Assembly (NCBI GenBank): GCA_947177975.1
Contig: CAMWWH010000001.1
Span: 1 to 52,339, forward strand
DNA: 52,339 bases
Reading direction: 5' to 3'
From: an uncultured Clostridia bacterium
GTDB taxonomy: Bacteria; Bacillota; Clostridia; Christensenellales; Borkfalkiaceae
In this document: positions 27,682-36,096 of the stretch, piece after piece
How positions within the stretch are numbered: the first letter of the stretch is position 1
Layout of the letters: the number at the start of each line of letters is the position of its first letter
The notes under the pieces: generated by a model
Told to the model about the DNA's origin: nothing
Database searches by the model: none
The model's input: only the letters and a program-made list of their open reading frames with translations
Translations under genes and position numbers: made by a program

Positions 27682-28206
27682 ATGGAAGAAAAACCTTGCT
27701 GGTATATTCTGCACACCTATTCGGGCTACGAAATGATGGTTAAGGATTCGCTGTTCAGACTTATCGAGAACAACAACTTGAAAGACCAGATTTTCGACGT
27801 TAAAATCCCCATGGAGCAGACCATAGAGGAAAAGAACGGCAAGCGCAAAATCGTAGAGCGCAAGCTGTTGCCTTGCTACGTGTTTATCAAGATGATTTAC
27901 TCCAACCAGCTTTGGTACTGGGTAACCAACACGAGAGGCGTTACGGGCTTCGTCGGCCCTCAGGGCAGACCTATCCCCATGAAAGAGGACGAGATAAGAA
28001 AGATGCGCCTCGAAGAGGTTGTAGTCGACGCCGATTTCAAGGTTGGAGATACGGTCAATATCGACGCGGGTCCTTTGGAGGGCTTCGACGGCGTTATAAC
28101 CGAACTCAACGACCTTTCGCAGAAGGCAAAAGTTAACATTCAGATGTTCGGCCGTTCGACCGACGTCGAAGTTGAGTATATACAGATTAAGAAAATAGAG
28201 GCTTAA
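27682..28206 (+). CDS. nusG: Transcription termination/antitermination factor NusG
   Basis: NGN domain WYILHTYSGYE and a KOW motif (FKVGDTVNIDAGPLEGFDGVI). Confidence 0.96.
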   Translation: MEEKPCWYILHTYSGYEMMVKDSLFRLIENNNLKDQIFDVKIPMEQTIEEKNGKRKIVERKLLPCYVFIKMIYSNQLWYWVTNTRGVTGFVGPQGRPIPMKEDEIRKMRLEEVVVDADFKVGDTVNIDAGPLEGFDGVITELNDLSQKAKVNIQMFGRSTDVEVEYIQIKKIEA

Positions 28207-28287
28207 AGCCTTTGTTATAGTGGGAGAATAGATTAAATTTTTTCTATGGTCTATTCGTTACTACCACGATAGGAGGAACATTTAATT

Positions 28288-28713
28288 ATGGCTAAGAAAA
28301 TTACTGCGGTAGTTAAGTTGCAGCTCCCCGCCGGAAAGGCTACCCCCGCGCCCCCCGTAGGTTCTACGCTCGGCCCTCACGGTATCAACATTCCCGGCTT
28401 CACCAAGGAGTTCAACGCCAAGACGAGTGCACAGGCAGGTCTTATTATTCCCTGCGTAGTCACCATCTATCAGGACAGAAGCTTCACGTTTATTTTGAAG
28501 ACGCCCCCCACGCCCGTACTTATCAAGAAGGCGTTAGGGCTTGAAACGGCAAGCGCCCGCCCCAACAGGGACAAGGTCGGCAAGCTCACCAAGGCACAGC
28601 TCGAGGAGATTGCAAAGACCAAGATGCCCGACTTGAACTGCAACGATTTAGAGGCAGCAAAGAGCATGGTTAAGGGCACCGCCCGCTCTATGGGTATTAC
28701 CGTAGAGGAGTAA
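28288..28713 (+). CDS. rplK: 50S ribosomal protein L11
   Basis: [35 protein letters not shown]. Confidence 0.97.
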   Translation: MAKKITAVVKLQLPAGKATPAPPVGSTLGPHGINIPGFTKEFNAKTSAQAGLIIPCVVTIYQDRSFTFILKTPPTPVLIKKALGLETASARPNRDKVGKLTKAQLEEIAKTKMPDLNCNDLEAAKSMVKGTARSMGITVEE

Positions 28714-28803
28714 GCGAGAGGGCTTAAAAGAGCCTTTTCAAGTGGGAGAGGGATAAAAAATTCAAAGTCGACCCCTCGAATGAACCACACGGAGGAAATT
28801 TAA

Positions 28804-29493
28804 ATGAAAGTAGGAAAGAAGTACGCGGAAAGCGTAAAATCATACGACCGCACCAAAGCATACGACCCGGCTGAAGCCGTTAACCTTGCACTTGCAACCG
28901 CAAAGGCAAAGTTCGACGAAACTATCGAATTGCACGTTCGTCTCGGCGTTGACCCCAGACAGGCTGACCAGCAGGTCCGCGGCGTTCTGGTATTGCCCAA
29001 CGGTACCGGTAAGGACAAGAAAGTGCTCGTCATTGCAAAGGGCGACAAGGCTGACCAGGCTACGGCTGCCGGCGCGGACTACGTAGGCGCGGAAGAAATG
29101 GTACAGCGTATCCAGAAGGATAACTGGTTCGATTTCGACGTCGTTATTACCACCCCCGACATGATGGGCGTCGTAGGCCGTATCGGTCGTGTCCTGGGTC
29201 CCAAGGGCTTGATGCCTAACCCCAAGAGCGGCACGGTTACCATGGACGTTACCAAGGCTGTCAAGGAAGTTAAAGCAGGTAAGGTTGAATACCGTTTGGA
29301 TAAAACGGCTATCATTCACTGCCCCATCGGCAAGAAGAGCTTCGGCACCGACAAGATTGTCGAGAACTTCAACGCGCTTATGGAAGCTATCGTAAAGGCT
29401 AAACCCGCTGCGGCTAAAGGTCAGTATATCAAGAGCGTTACGCTCACCTCGACCATGGGTCCCGGCGTAAAGGTTATTTACAATAAAGGCTAA
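28804..29493 (+). CDS. rplA: 50S ribosomal protein L1
   Basis: [22 protein letters not shown]. 229 aa. Confidence 0.97.
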   Translation: MKVGKKYAESVKSYDRTKAYDPAEAVNLALATAKAKFDETIELHVRLGVDPRQADQQVRGVLVLPNGTGKDKKVLVIAKGDKADQATAAGADYVGAEEMVQRIQKDNWFDFDVVITTPDMMGVVGRIGRVLGPKGLMPNPKSGTVTMDVTKAVKEVKAGKVEYRLDKTAIIHCPIGKKSFGTDKIVENFNALMEAIVKAKPAAAKGQYIKSVTLTSTMGPGVKVIYNKG

Positions 29494-29512
29494 TTAAATC
29501 TGAAAATCAAAC

Positions 29513-29545
29513 GCCCCGCGGCAATCGCCGCGGGGCTTTATGTTT
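29513..29545. terminator. Bidirectional terminator between rplA and the XRE gene
   Basis: Stem GCCCCGCGGC / GCCGCGGGGC, with T-runs on both strands. Confidence 0.8.
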
Positions 29546-29744
29546 AATCGCTTAAACCTAAAAGATAGTCAGCTGAAACTTCAAAAATTTTACAAAGTTT
29601 TTTAATGCTTTCAATATCGGGTTGCGTTCTTCCTTGTTCCCACGAAGCGTAACAGTTCGGTGATACCTCTAAACGCGTGTAAATATCTTTTTGAGTAAAA
29701 CCGCATTCGCTACGTATTTCTTTTAATCTTTCACAAAATTTCAT
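29544..29744 (-). CDS. XRE-family helix-turn-helix transcriptional regulator
   Basis: 66 aa. The HTH_3 pattern is FTQKDIYTRLEVSPNCYASWEQGRTQPDIESIKKLCKIF. Confidence 0.9.
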   Translation of the reverse strand: MKFCERLKEIRSECGFTQKDIYTRLEVSPNCYASWEQGRTQPDIESIKKLCKIFEVSADYLLGLSD

Positions 29745-29750
29745 AACTCA

Positions 29751-29807
29751 ATTATAGTCTTTAACTACCCAAAATGGGTTGACTATACCCAAATTGGGTA
29801 GTACAAT
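29751..29807. promoter_or_regulatory. Divergent promoter region with two palindromic operators
   Basis: Plus strand: TTGACT (29779-29784)-17-TACAAT (29802-29807). Minus strand: TATAAT at 29756-29751, 7 nt from the XRE ATG, so that transcript looks leaderless. Palindromes: ACCCAAAATGGGT (29767-29779) and ACCCAAATTGGGT (29787-29799). Confidence 0.6.
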
Positions 29808-29826
29808 ATAGTCGGAGGTTAAAACT

Positions 29827-30117
29827 ATGAAAAAGCAAAAATCTGTTATACTGCAAATGTTTTACGGCGAAAACGGTAAAGCGGATAATATTTCATTTCC
29901 GCCCGAAGAGGACGCTTTGCTTGATAAAGTTGATAAGTACTATGATTTAGTGTGTGAGAAATTAAAACCATACCCCGAACTTTTTGAGCTGTTTGAAAAG
30001 TTCAGGGAAAGTCTGGAAGATTTGCGTTGCTTCGAGGCAGACAATTACTACGCCGAAGGCTTCAAATTCGGGTTGTTGATGGGCGTAGAAGCGGGCGAGA
30101 GTAAGTTTCAAGAATAA
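29827..30117 (+). CDS. Small acidic helical hypothetical protein
   Basis: 96 aa. SD GGAGGT lies 8 nt upstream. It contains FYGENG..P.E and AEGFKFGLLMGVE. This resembles small proteins that pair with XRE regulators in Clostridia mobile DNA. That is a recollection, not a verified match. Confidence 0.6.
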   Translation: MKKQKSVILQMFYGENGKADNISFPPEEDALLDKVDKYYDLVCEKLKPYPELFELFEKFRESLEDLRCFEADNYYAEGFKFGLLMGVEAGESKFQE

Positions 30118-30158
30118 AAGCGGCGCGCAACTTTCATTGCGCGCCGCTTTACGTTTTG
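30117..30158. terminator. Bidirectional terminator
   Basis: 14-bp stem AAAGCGGCGCGCAA / TTGCGCGCCGCTTT, followed by ACGTTTTG. Confidence 0.85.
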
Positions 30159-30164
30159 TTGTTA

Positions 30165-31514
30165 TTACTTAATATTGATTTCTTTGTCGGTAGGTATGTG
30201 GTCGGTCATTTTGCCCGAAAGGTACTCGTCGTAAGCCTTCATATCGAAGTAGCCCGTGCCGGTAAGTCCGAACACGATTACTTTCTTTTCGCCCGTCTTT
30301 TTGCACTCCAAGGCGGCGTCAATAGCGCCCTTTATCGCGTGCGACGATTCGGGTGCGGGCAGAGTGCCCTCTATGCGTGCAAACGTCACCGCCGCGTCGA
30401 ATACTTCCGTCTGCGCGTACGATTTCGCCGTCATCAATCCGTCGTCGTACAGCTTGGAAAGAACGGGGCTCATACCGTGATAGCGAAGCCCGCCCGCGTG
30501 GTTGGCGCTCGGCATAAAGTCGCAGCCGAGAGTGTACATCTTTGCCTGAGGGCAAATTTTGCCCGTGTCGCAGAAATCGTAGCGGTACTCGCCTCGGGTT
30601 AAAGAGGGGCAGCTTGCGGGCTCTACGGCGATAATCTGCGGGTTGGATTTGCCTTGCAGCTTATCCGCCATAAACGGCGCAATCAGTCCGCCGAGGTTGG
30701 AGCCGCCGCCCGCGCAACCGACGATAATATCGGGCGTTCTGCCTATCTTGTCGAGCGCAGTCTTGGTTTCGAGTCCTATAACCGACTGGTGCAGGAGCAC
30801 CTGGTCGAGAACCGAGCCCAAAACGTAGCGCGTCTTGTGTTCGGGGTCGGAAACAGCCGCCTCGACCGCCTCGGAAATGGCACAGCCGAGCGAGCCGAGA
30901 GTGTCGGGGTGCTCTTTTAAAATTCGTCTGCCCGCCTCGGTCGTCGTGGAGGGGGAAGGGATAACGCTCGCGCCGTATACGTTCATAACGTTGCGCCTGA
31001 ACGGTTTTTGCTCGAACGAAACCTTGACCATATACACGTGCACGGGCATACCGAAGTACGCGCCCGCCATTGCAAGTGCAGTGCCCCACTGACCCGCGCC
31101 CGTCTCGGTTGTAACCGCTTTCAGGCCCTGCGCCTTGGCGTAGTAAATCTGCGCGGCGGCGGAGTTGAGCTTATGCGAGCCCGACGTGTTGTTGCCCTCG
31201 AACTTGTAATAAATTTCGGCGGGGGTGTCCAGATACTTTTCCAAGCCGTACGCACGCACCAAAGGACTGGGGCGGTAGAGCTTGTAAAAGTCGGTGATGG
31301 GCTTGGGGATATCTATGTACTCGTCCGTGCAGTTAAGCTCCTGTTCGGCAAGCTCCTCGCAGAAAACTGCGCAAAGCTCTTCCTTGGTGCACGGCTGTTT
31401 GGTCGCGGGGTTTATAAGGGGAGCAGGCTTATCCTTCATAAACGCTTTAAGGTTGAGCCACTTTTTCGGTAACTCCTCTTCGGTCAGGTATACTTTGTAG
31501 GGTACGTCTTTCAT
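30165..31514 (-). CDS. trpB: TrpB2-type tryptophan synthase beta-like PLP enzyme
   Basis: 449 aa with the long N-terminus typical of TrpB2. The PLP lysine motif is SGSHKLNSA, and GGGSN and ETGAGQWG are present. No trpA or other trp genes are nearby. Confidence 0.85.
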   Translation of the reverse strand: MKDVPYKVYLTEEELPKKWLNLKAFMKDKPAPLINPATKQPCTKEELCAVFCEELAEQELNCTDEYIDIPKPITDFYKLYRPSPLVRAYGLEKYLDTPAEIYYKFEGNNTSGSHKLNSAAAQIYYAKAQGLKAVTTETGAGQWGTALAMAGAYFGMPVHVYMVKVSFEQKPFRRNVMNVYGASVIPSPSTTTEAGRRILKEHPDTLGSLGCAISEAVEAAVSDPEHKTRYVLGSVLDQVLLHQSVIGLETKTALDKIGRTPDIIVGCAGGGSNLGGLIAPFMADKLQGKSNPQIIAVEPASCPSLTRGEYRYDFCDTGKICPQAKMYTLGCDFMPSANHAGGLRYHGMSPVLSKLYDDGLMTAKSYAQTEVFDAAVTFARIEGTLPAPESSHAIKGAIDAALECKKTGEKKVIVFGLTGTGYFDMKAYDEYLSGKMTDHIPTDKEINIK

Positions 31515-31552
31515 GGTTTCTCCTCCTTTGAATAAATGTTAAAATTGCATTG

Positions 31553-31581
31553 ATTATATTATATAATTATTAGTTTGTCAA
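31553..31581 (-). promoter_or_regulatory. Consensus promoter TTGACA-17-TATAAT for trpB2 (minus strand)
   Basis: On the minus strand, TTGACA is at 31581-31576 and TATAAT is at 31558-31553. Only about 35 nt of leader precede SD AAGGAGGAG. Confidence 0.6.
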
Positions 31582-31684
31582 TGGATTTTCTGTATATTTT
31601 TAAACTATTATGCAATTTTTTGCAAATTCATTTATATTTATTCATTTTTCGCGTAGTATGCGCAAAAATACGGTTTGCAAAGGA

Positions 31685-31970
31685 GCGCGGGTAGTCAACC
31701 TCAGTAGATACATTTTGACGGGCAAATCTCGGTTTAAACACTCAAAGCGTCACTCAACGTGCCACGCGGCACGCCCTCGTGCCGTTTTGTGCATTTATCC
31801 TCGAAGATTTGCCACGTCAAAACGCTTCGCGCCTGAAATTGATTGTTTTTAGACTATTGCAAGGCGAACGAGTGAAGGCGTAGTAGGTGCTACGGCAAGC
31901 GAGTTCAACGCAGATAGAGGCAAAAATAATCAATTTCAGGTGTATCGGTTGGGATTGACTACCCGCGTGG
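31685..31970 (+). ncRNA. Candidate structured RNA (GH3 leader) or MITE-like nested inverted-repeat element
   Basis: Outer helix 31685-31712 / 31941-31968 encloses two long hairpin arms: 31713-31729 / 31805-31822 and 31832-31850 / 31922-31940. Five non-Watson-Crick positions are G-U only on the + strand. Confidence 0.35.
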
Positions 31971-31990
31971 ATAGTGATAAAATAAATCCG

Positions 31991-34294
31991 ATGAATGTTA
32001 AGGACGCGATAAGACAACTCGATATTGAAAAGAAGGCGAGGCTTTTAACGGGCGAGGGCTTTTGGAGCACGCGCGAGTGTTCGGAAATAGGTCTCGCTGC
32101 GGTCAAACTTTCCGACGGTCCCAACGGTATGCGCGTGCAGGAAAAGCGCCCCAACCATTTGGGACTGGGCGGCTCGCTTCCCGCAACTTGCTATCCGACC
32201 GCGTCGGCAACTGCGTGCACGTTTAACCCCGAGCTCTGCGAAGAGTTGGGCGCGCACATAGGAAAAGAGGCGGCGGCTCTGGGCGTTTCTATGGTACTCG
32301 GACCGGGGCTGAATATTAAGCGCAGTCCGCTGTGCGGAAGAAATTTCGAGTACTTTTCGGAGGACAGCTATCTTTCGGGCAAGATTGCTGCGGCTTACGT
32401 AAGGGGCATACAGAGCACGGGCGTCACCGCGTGTATAAAGCATTTTGCCGTCAATAGTCGCGAGTTTGCGCGCATGTACTGCGATAGCCGCGTGGACGAA
32501 CAGACGCTGCGCGAAGTCTATCTCACGGGCTTCGAAATCGCCGTCAAAGAGGGCGGGGCGAACGCGGTGATGACTGCGTACAACTTTCTCAACGGCGAGC
32601 ACTGCAATCAGAATACGTATCTTTTAAACACGGTGCTTCGCGGCGAGTGGGGCTTCGACGGTCTGGTCGTTTCCGACTGGGGCGGCAGCCGCGGGCAGGT
32701 GCAGGCTATCAAGGCGGGCGCCGACTTGGAGATGCCTATGTGCGACATATCCGCCGCGGAGGTCGTGTCGGCGGTTAAAAGCGGCGAGTTGGACGAGCGT
32801 CTGGTGGACAAGTGCGTGGAAAGGCTCGCGGAGTTTTCCGCGCGTTCTCAAACTATTTCAAGGGATAGTTACGATTTAATCGAGCACGCGGAATTTGCCG
32901 CAAAGGTTGCCGCAGAGAGCCTTGTGCTTTTGAAAAACGAGGGCGGAGCACTGCCCTTAAAGGCGGACGAGAAGGTTGCCGTAATAGGCGATTTCGCCGC
33001 AAATCCGCGCTATCAGGGGGCGGGCTCTTCGCAGATAGTTCCCACTTCGTTGGACAATATATTGGGGGTAATCGATAATTCGCCCTTTAAAATCGTCGGT
33101 TTTGAGCGCGGTTTTCACCGTTTCGGCAAAAAGAGCAACCGTCTTTTGCGCCGCGCCGTAAAGCTTGCGGAAAGGGCTGACACGCTCGTCGTATGCCTCG
33201 GTCTTGACGAGAATTCGGAGAGCGAGGGGTGCGACCGCACCCATTTGAATATCAATGAAAATCAAGTCGAATTATTAAAGGCTTTACACTCGCTCGGCAA
33301 AAAGACTGTCGTCGTTCTGTCCTGCGGGAGCGCGGTTTTGACGGACTGGGATTGCTATTGCGACGGGCTGTTGCTTGCGCACCTCGGCGGGCAGAGCGGC
33401 GCGCGTGCAGTGGTTGCCGCGCTGTGGGGCTGGGATAATCCGTCGGGCAGACTTGCCGAAACATACCCTTTAAAACAGGGCGGCGAGCCGTGCGCGGACG
33501 TCTATTCGGACAGCCCGTTTAAGAGTGATTACGGCGAGGGCATTTTCGTCGGATATAAATATTACAACGCTTTGAACGTGCCCGTAAAATATCCGTTCGG
33601 TTACGGCTTGTCCTACACGACTTTTAGCTACGACAATTTTTCTGTGAGTGAAGAGGGCGCTCGGTGCACGGTTACCAACACGGGAAGCCGCAAGGGCGCG
33701 GCGGTGGTGCAGGTCTACGTTAAAGCGCCCCGACCCGAACTCGAAGTCAGTCCGTCCGAACTGAAAGCTTTTTCAAAAGTATTTTTAAATGCGGGGGAAA
33801 GCAAAGAGGTGTTTTTACCCTTCGACGGATACGCTTTCCGCGTGTGGGATATAAATACTCACGGCTTTGTTTCGGGCGGCGCATACGAGGTGACAATCAA
33901 CACGGACAGTGCGCACGCGCTGTATTCTCAGACCGTGGAAATTGCGGGTATAAGGTGCGAAGATTGTCCGAAATTGAGCTATGAAAAATACTTTAATAGC
34001 CACATATCCCCCAACGAACGCGTTTGCAAGCCCGAAAAGGGTATGATAGCGGATATGGATACGGTGGTTGCCGACCTCGTTTACTGCAAGGGTTTGGTTG
34101 CGAAAATTTTCGGGCGGGTAGCGATAGCAAGCAACAAATCGAAAAATAAACTCAAGTCCGTACTGATGTCCTGGCTGCGGGTTAGGTCGCTTATGCAGTT
34201 TATGAATTTGAACGATATTCAGGCGCAGGGATTTTTGCTTGCGTGCAACGGTCATTTCTTTAAAGGGATGAAGAAGCTGCTATTTAAAAAATAA
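31991..34294 (+). CDS. Glycoside hydrolase family 3 (beta-glucosidase/beta-xylosidase-like) with FnIII-like domain and C-terminal tail
   Basis: MNVKDAIRQLDIEKKARLLTGEGFWS is a typical GH3 start. KHFAVNSRE and GLVVSDWGG (nucleophile Asp) are present. The ORF opens at GTG 31940. The start is uncertain because the SD is weak. Confidence 0.88.
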   Translation: MNVKDAIRQLDIEKKARLLTGEGFWSTRECSEIGLAAVKLSDGPNGMRVQEKRPNHLGLGGSLPATCYPTASATACTFNPELCEELGAHIGKEAAALGVSMVLGPGLNIKRSPLCGRNFEYFSEDSYLSGKIAAAYVRGIQSTGVTACIKHFAVNSREFARMYCDSRVDEQTLREVYLTGFEIAVKEGGANAVMTAYNFLNGEHCNQNTYLLNTVLRGEWGFDGLVVSDWGGSRGQVQAIKAGADLEMPMCDISAAEVVSAVKSGELDERLVDKCVERLAEFSARSQTISRDSYDLIEHAEFAAKVAAESLVLLKNEGGALPLKADEKVAVIGDFAANPRYQGAGSSQIVPTSLDNILGVIDNSPFKIVGFERGFHRFGKKSNRLLRRAVKLAERADTLVVCLGLDENSESEGCDRTHLNINENQVELLKALHSLGKKTVVVLSCGSAVLTDWDCYCDGLLLAHLGGQSGARAVVAALWGWDNPSGRLAETYPLKQGGEPCADVYSDSPFKSDYGEGIFVGYKYYNALNVPVKYPFGYGLSYTTFSYDNFSVSEEGARCTVTNTGSRKGAAVVQVYVKAPRPELEVSPSELKAFSKVFLNAGESKEVFLPFDGYAFRVWDINTHGFVSGGAYEVTINTDSAHALYSQTVEIAGIRCEDCPKLSYEKYFNSHISPNERVCKPEKGMIADMDTVVADLVYCKGLVAKIFGRVAIASNKSKNKLKSVLMSWLRVRSLMQFMNLNDIQAQGFLLACNGHFFKGMKKLLFKK

Positions 34295-34314
34295 GTGAAA
34301 ATAGGGAAAAGTTA

Positions 34315-34343
34315 TTGATTTGCCTTCCCCGCGGTGGTATAAT
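34315..34343 (+). promoter_or_regulatory. Promoter TTGATT-17-TATAAT with extended -10 TG
   Basis: TTGATT at 34315-34320 and TGgTATAAT ending at 34343. Confidence 0.55.
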
Positions 34344-34380
34344 CGTTTTGAACAACAAATAAAGCTTTACGAGGTGTGTT

Positions 34381-35310
34381 TTGCAGGAAATTTATTATCC
34401 GTCGAACGACGGTAAAACTACTATTCACGCCTGCATATGGCAGTGCGAAGGCGAACCGAAGGCGGTTTTGCAGATAATCCACGGTATGGCGGAGTACGCC
34501 GCAAGGTACGCGCCGCTTGCCGAAATTTTAGCAAAGCAGGGTATCGTCGTCTGCGCAGAGGACCATTTGGGTCACGGCAAGTCGGTCTTAACCGAAAACG
34601 ATCTGGGCTATTTCGCCGCCAGGAACGGCTGGCAGACGGTGCTTTCGGATATCCGCGGGCTGACCGAAATCGTTCGCCCCAAATATGAGGGAGTGCCCTA
34701 TTTCGTAATGGGTCATTCGATGGGTTCGTTCTTCTGCCGCAAGTATATCTCGCTGTACGGCGCAGAGCTTGCGGGCGCAATAATTATGGGCACGGGCTTT
34801 AAGAGCTCGGGCACTACGGGAGGAGCGAAGTTTATTACTAAGCTCGTCGCCGCTTTCAAGGGCTGGCGCTACCGCAGTAAATTTATCGACAACGCGGCGT
34901 TCGGGTCATACAATAAGCGGTTCGAAAAGCGCACGGCTTTCGACTGGCTGAGCGCAGATCCCGACAACGTCGACGCGTATATCGCCGACCCGCTGTGCGG
35001 TGTTCCGTTTACGTGTAACGCGTTTTACGGACTTTTCAGCATAATCTCGCAGGCTTGCAAGACCTCGACAATAAAGGCGGTTTCCGACAAGCTGCCGCTC
35101 CTCGTCGTTGCTGGCGCGGACGACCCCGTGGGCGACTACGGCAAGGGCGTCGAAAAGTTTACCGACAAACTTTTAAAGTACGGCAAAAACGCGTCGATGA
35201 CGCTTTACCGCGGGTGCAGGCACGAGATTGTAAACGATATATGCGCTCCGCAGCTTTTCGAGGACTTGGCTCAGTTTATTAAAGAAAATGGTAATACGCA
35301 GAAAGATTAA
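34381..35310 (+). CDS. Alpha/beta hydrolase (lysophospholipase / monoacylglycerol lipase-like)
   Basis: TTG start. HGMAEY, nucleophile elbow GHSMGS, and a C-terminal CRHE motif. Confidence 0.8.
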   Translation: MQEIYYPSNDGKTTIHACIWQCEGEPKAVLQIIHGMAEYAARYAPLAEILAKQGIVVCAEDHLGHGKSVLTENDLGYFAARNGWQTVLSDIRGLTEIVRPKYEGVPYFVMGHSMGSFFCRKYISLYGAELAGAIIMGTGFKSSGTTGGAKFITKLVAAFKGWRYRSKFIDNAAFGSYNKRFEKRTAFDWLSADPDNVDAYIADPLCGVPFTCNAFYGLFSIISQACKTSTIKAVSDKLPLLVVAGADDPVGDYGKGVEKFTDKLLKYGKNASMTLYRGCRHEIVNDICAPQLFEDLAQFIKENGNTQKD

Positions 35311-36040
35311 ACTGCCCGCGCTAACGGGCGATAAGGAAAGGACGTCTTACGTCTATCTGCCCGTCGGTTACGACGAAGAGGACGACAAGCGCTATCCCGT
35401 TTTATATATGTTCGACGGGCACAACCTTTTTACCGACGAGGAGGCGACCTTCGGCAAGTGCTGGGGGCTGGAAAAATACCTAGACGAAAACGGGGTGCCG
35501 CTCATTGTTGCGGCGGTGGAGTGCAACCACGAGGGCAATAGCAGGCTTTCGGAATACTCGCCCGTCAGCTTTGACTTCCACGGACAGAGGATTGCGGGGC
35601 GCGGCAAAAAGTATATGGACTGGCTTGTCGGCACGTTCAAGCCGTACGTCGACGGAAATTATAAGACGCTTTCGGACAGAGCAAATACAATGATTGCGGG
35701 CAGTTCGATGGGCGGACTGATGACTCTTTACGCGCTCTGCAAATACGGCAGATATTTTTCCCGCGGGGCGGCGCTGTCGCCGAGCTTATGGGTGCAGCAG
35801 GGCGAGGTGCCTTCGTTTATCGTAAACGCGTCGTTTAAAAACGATACGGTGCTGTTCACCGATTACGGCACGAAGGAGTTCAAAAACCACTCGCCGCAGA
35901 GGGCACTTTTCGGCGAAACGTTTAAAATCCTCTGCGAAAAAGGGGTTGCGGTTACGGCGCGTATAGTACCGGGCGGCACACATTCCGAGGCGAGCTGGGA
36001 GAGGGAAATTCCCTACTTTTTAAAAACTTTACTTGATTAA
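35288..36040 (+). CDS. Esterase family protein (esterase D / putative esterase fold)
   Basis: YPVLYMFDGHNLF and elbow GSSMGG. 23-nt overlap with the upstream gene. Confidence 0.75.
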   Translation: MVIRRKIKLPALTGDKERTSYVYLPVGYDEEDDKRYPVLYMFDGHNLFTDEEATFGKCWGLEKYLDENGVPLIVAAVECNHEGNSRLSEYSPVSFDFHGQRIAGRGKKYMDWLVGTFKPYVDGNYKTLSDRANTMIAGSSMGGLMTLYALCKYGRYFSRGAALSPSLWVQQGEVPSFIVNASFKNDTVLFTDYGTKEFKNHSPQRALFGETFKILCEKGVAVTARIVPGGTHSEASWEREIPYFLKTLLD

Positions 36041-36096
36041 AAATTGCGTTGGTTGCGGCATATATGCCGTCCAATTGATATACCGAGGTACAAATT

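Noticed and set aside
28207-28803. Ribosomal-protein autoregulatory leaders (L1-binding sites) before rplK and rplA
   Set aside because: Short hairpins exist (for example GAATAGAT/GTCTATTC near 28227-28258 and GAGGG/CCCTC near 28749-28777). I cannot match them confidently to a known leader consensus without a covariance-model search.
29513-29545. The terminator hairpins at 29513 and 49491 share GCCCCGCGGCAA...GCCGCGGGGCTT, which raised the possibility of a REP-like repeat family
   Set aside because: Both sit exactly at convergent gene ends with flanking T-runs. The similarity is limited to a GC-rich stem. Two copies are not enough to call a repeat family without a genome-wide search.
31610-31852. 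An 80-aa ORF inside the trpB2/GH3 intergenic region
   Set aside because: It has no SD and an implausible basic, Cys/His-rich composition. It runs through the long inverted repeats, which explain the sequence better.
31515-31990. A T-box, TRAP or other Trp-responsive leader for trpB2, or a RAT antiterminator for the GH3 gene
   Set aside because: The trpB2 promoter (31553-31581) lies between the gene and the structured element. No T-box 14-mer or regularly spaced (G/U)AG repeats are present. The partial resemblance of GATTGTT...GCAAGGCGAAC to the RAT consensus is weak, and no BglG/LicT or PTS gene is nearby.
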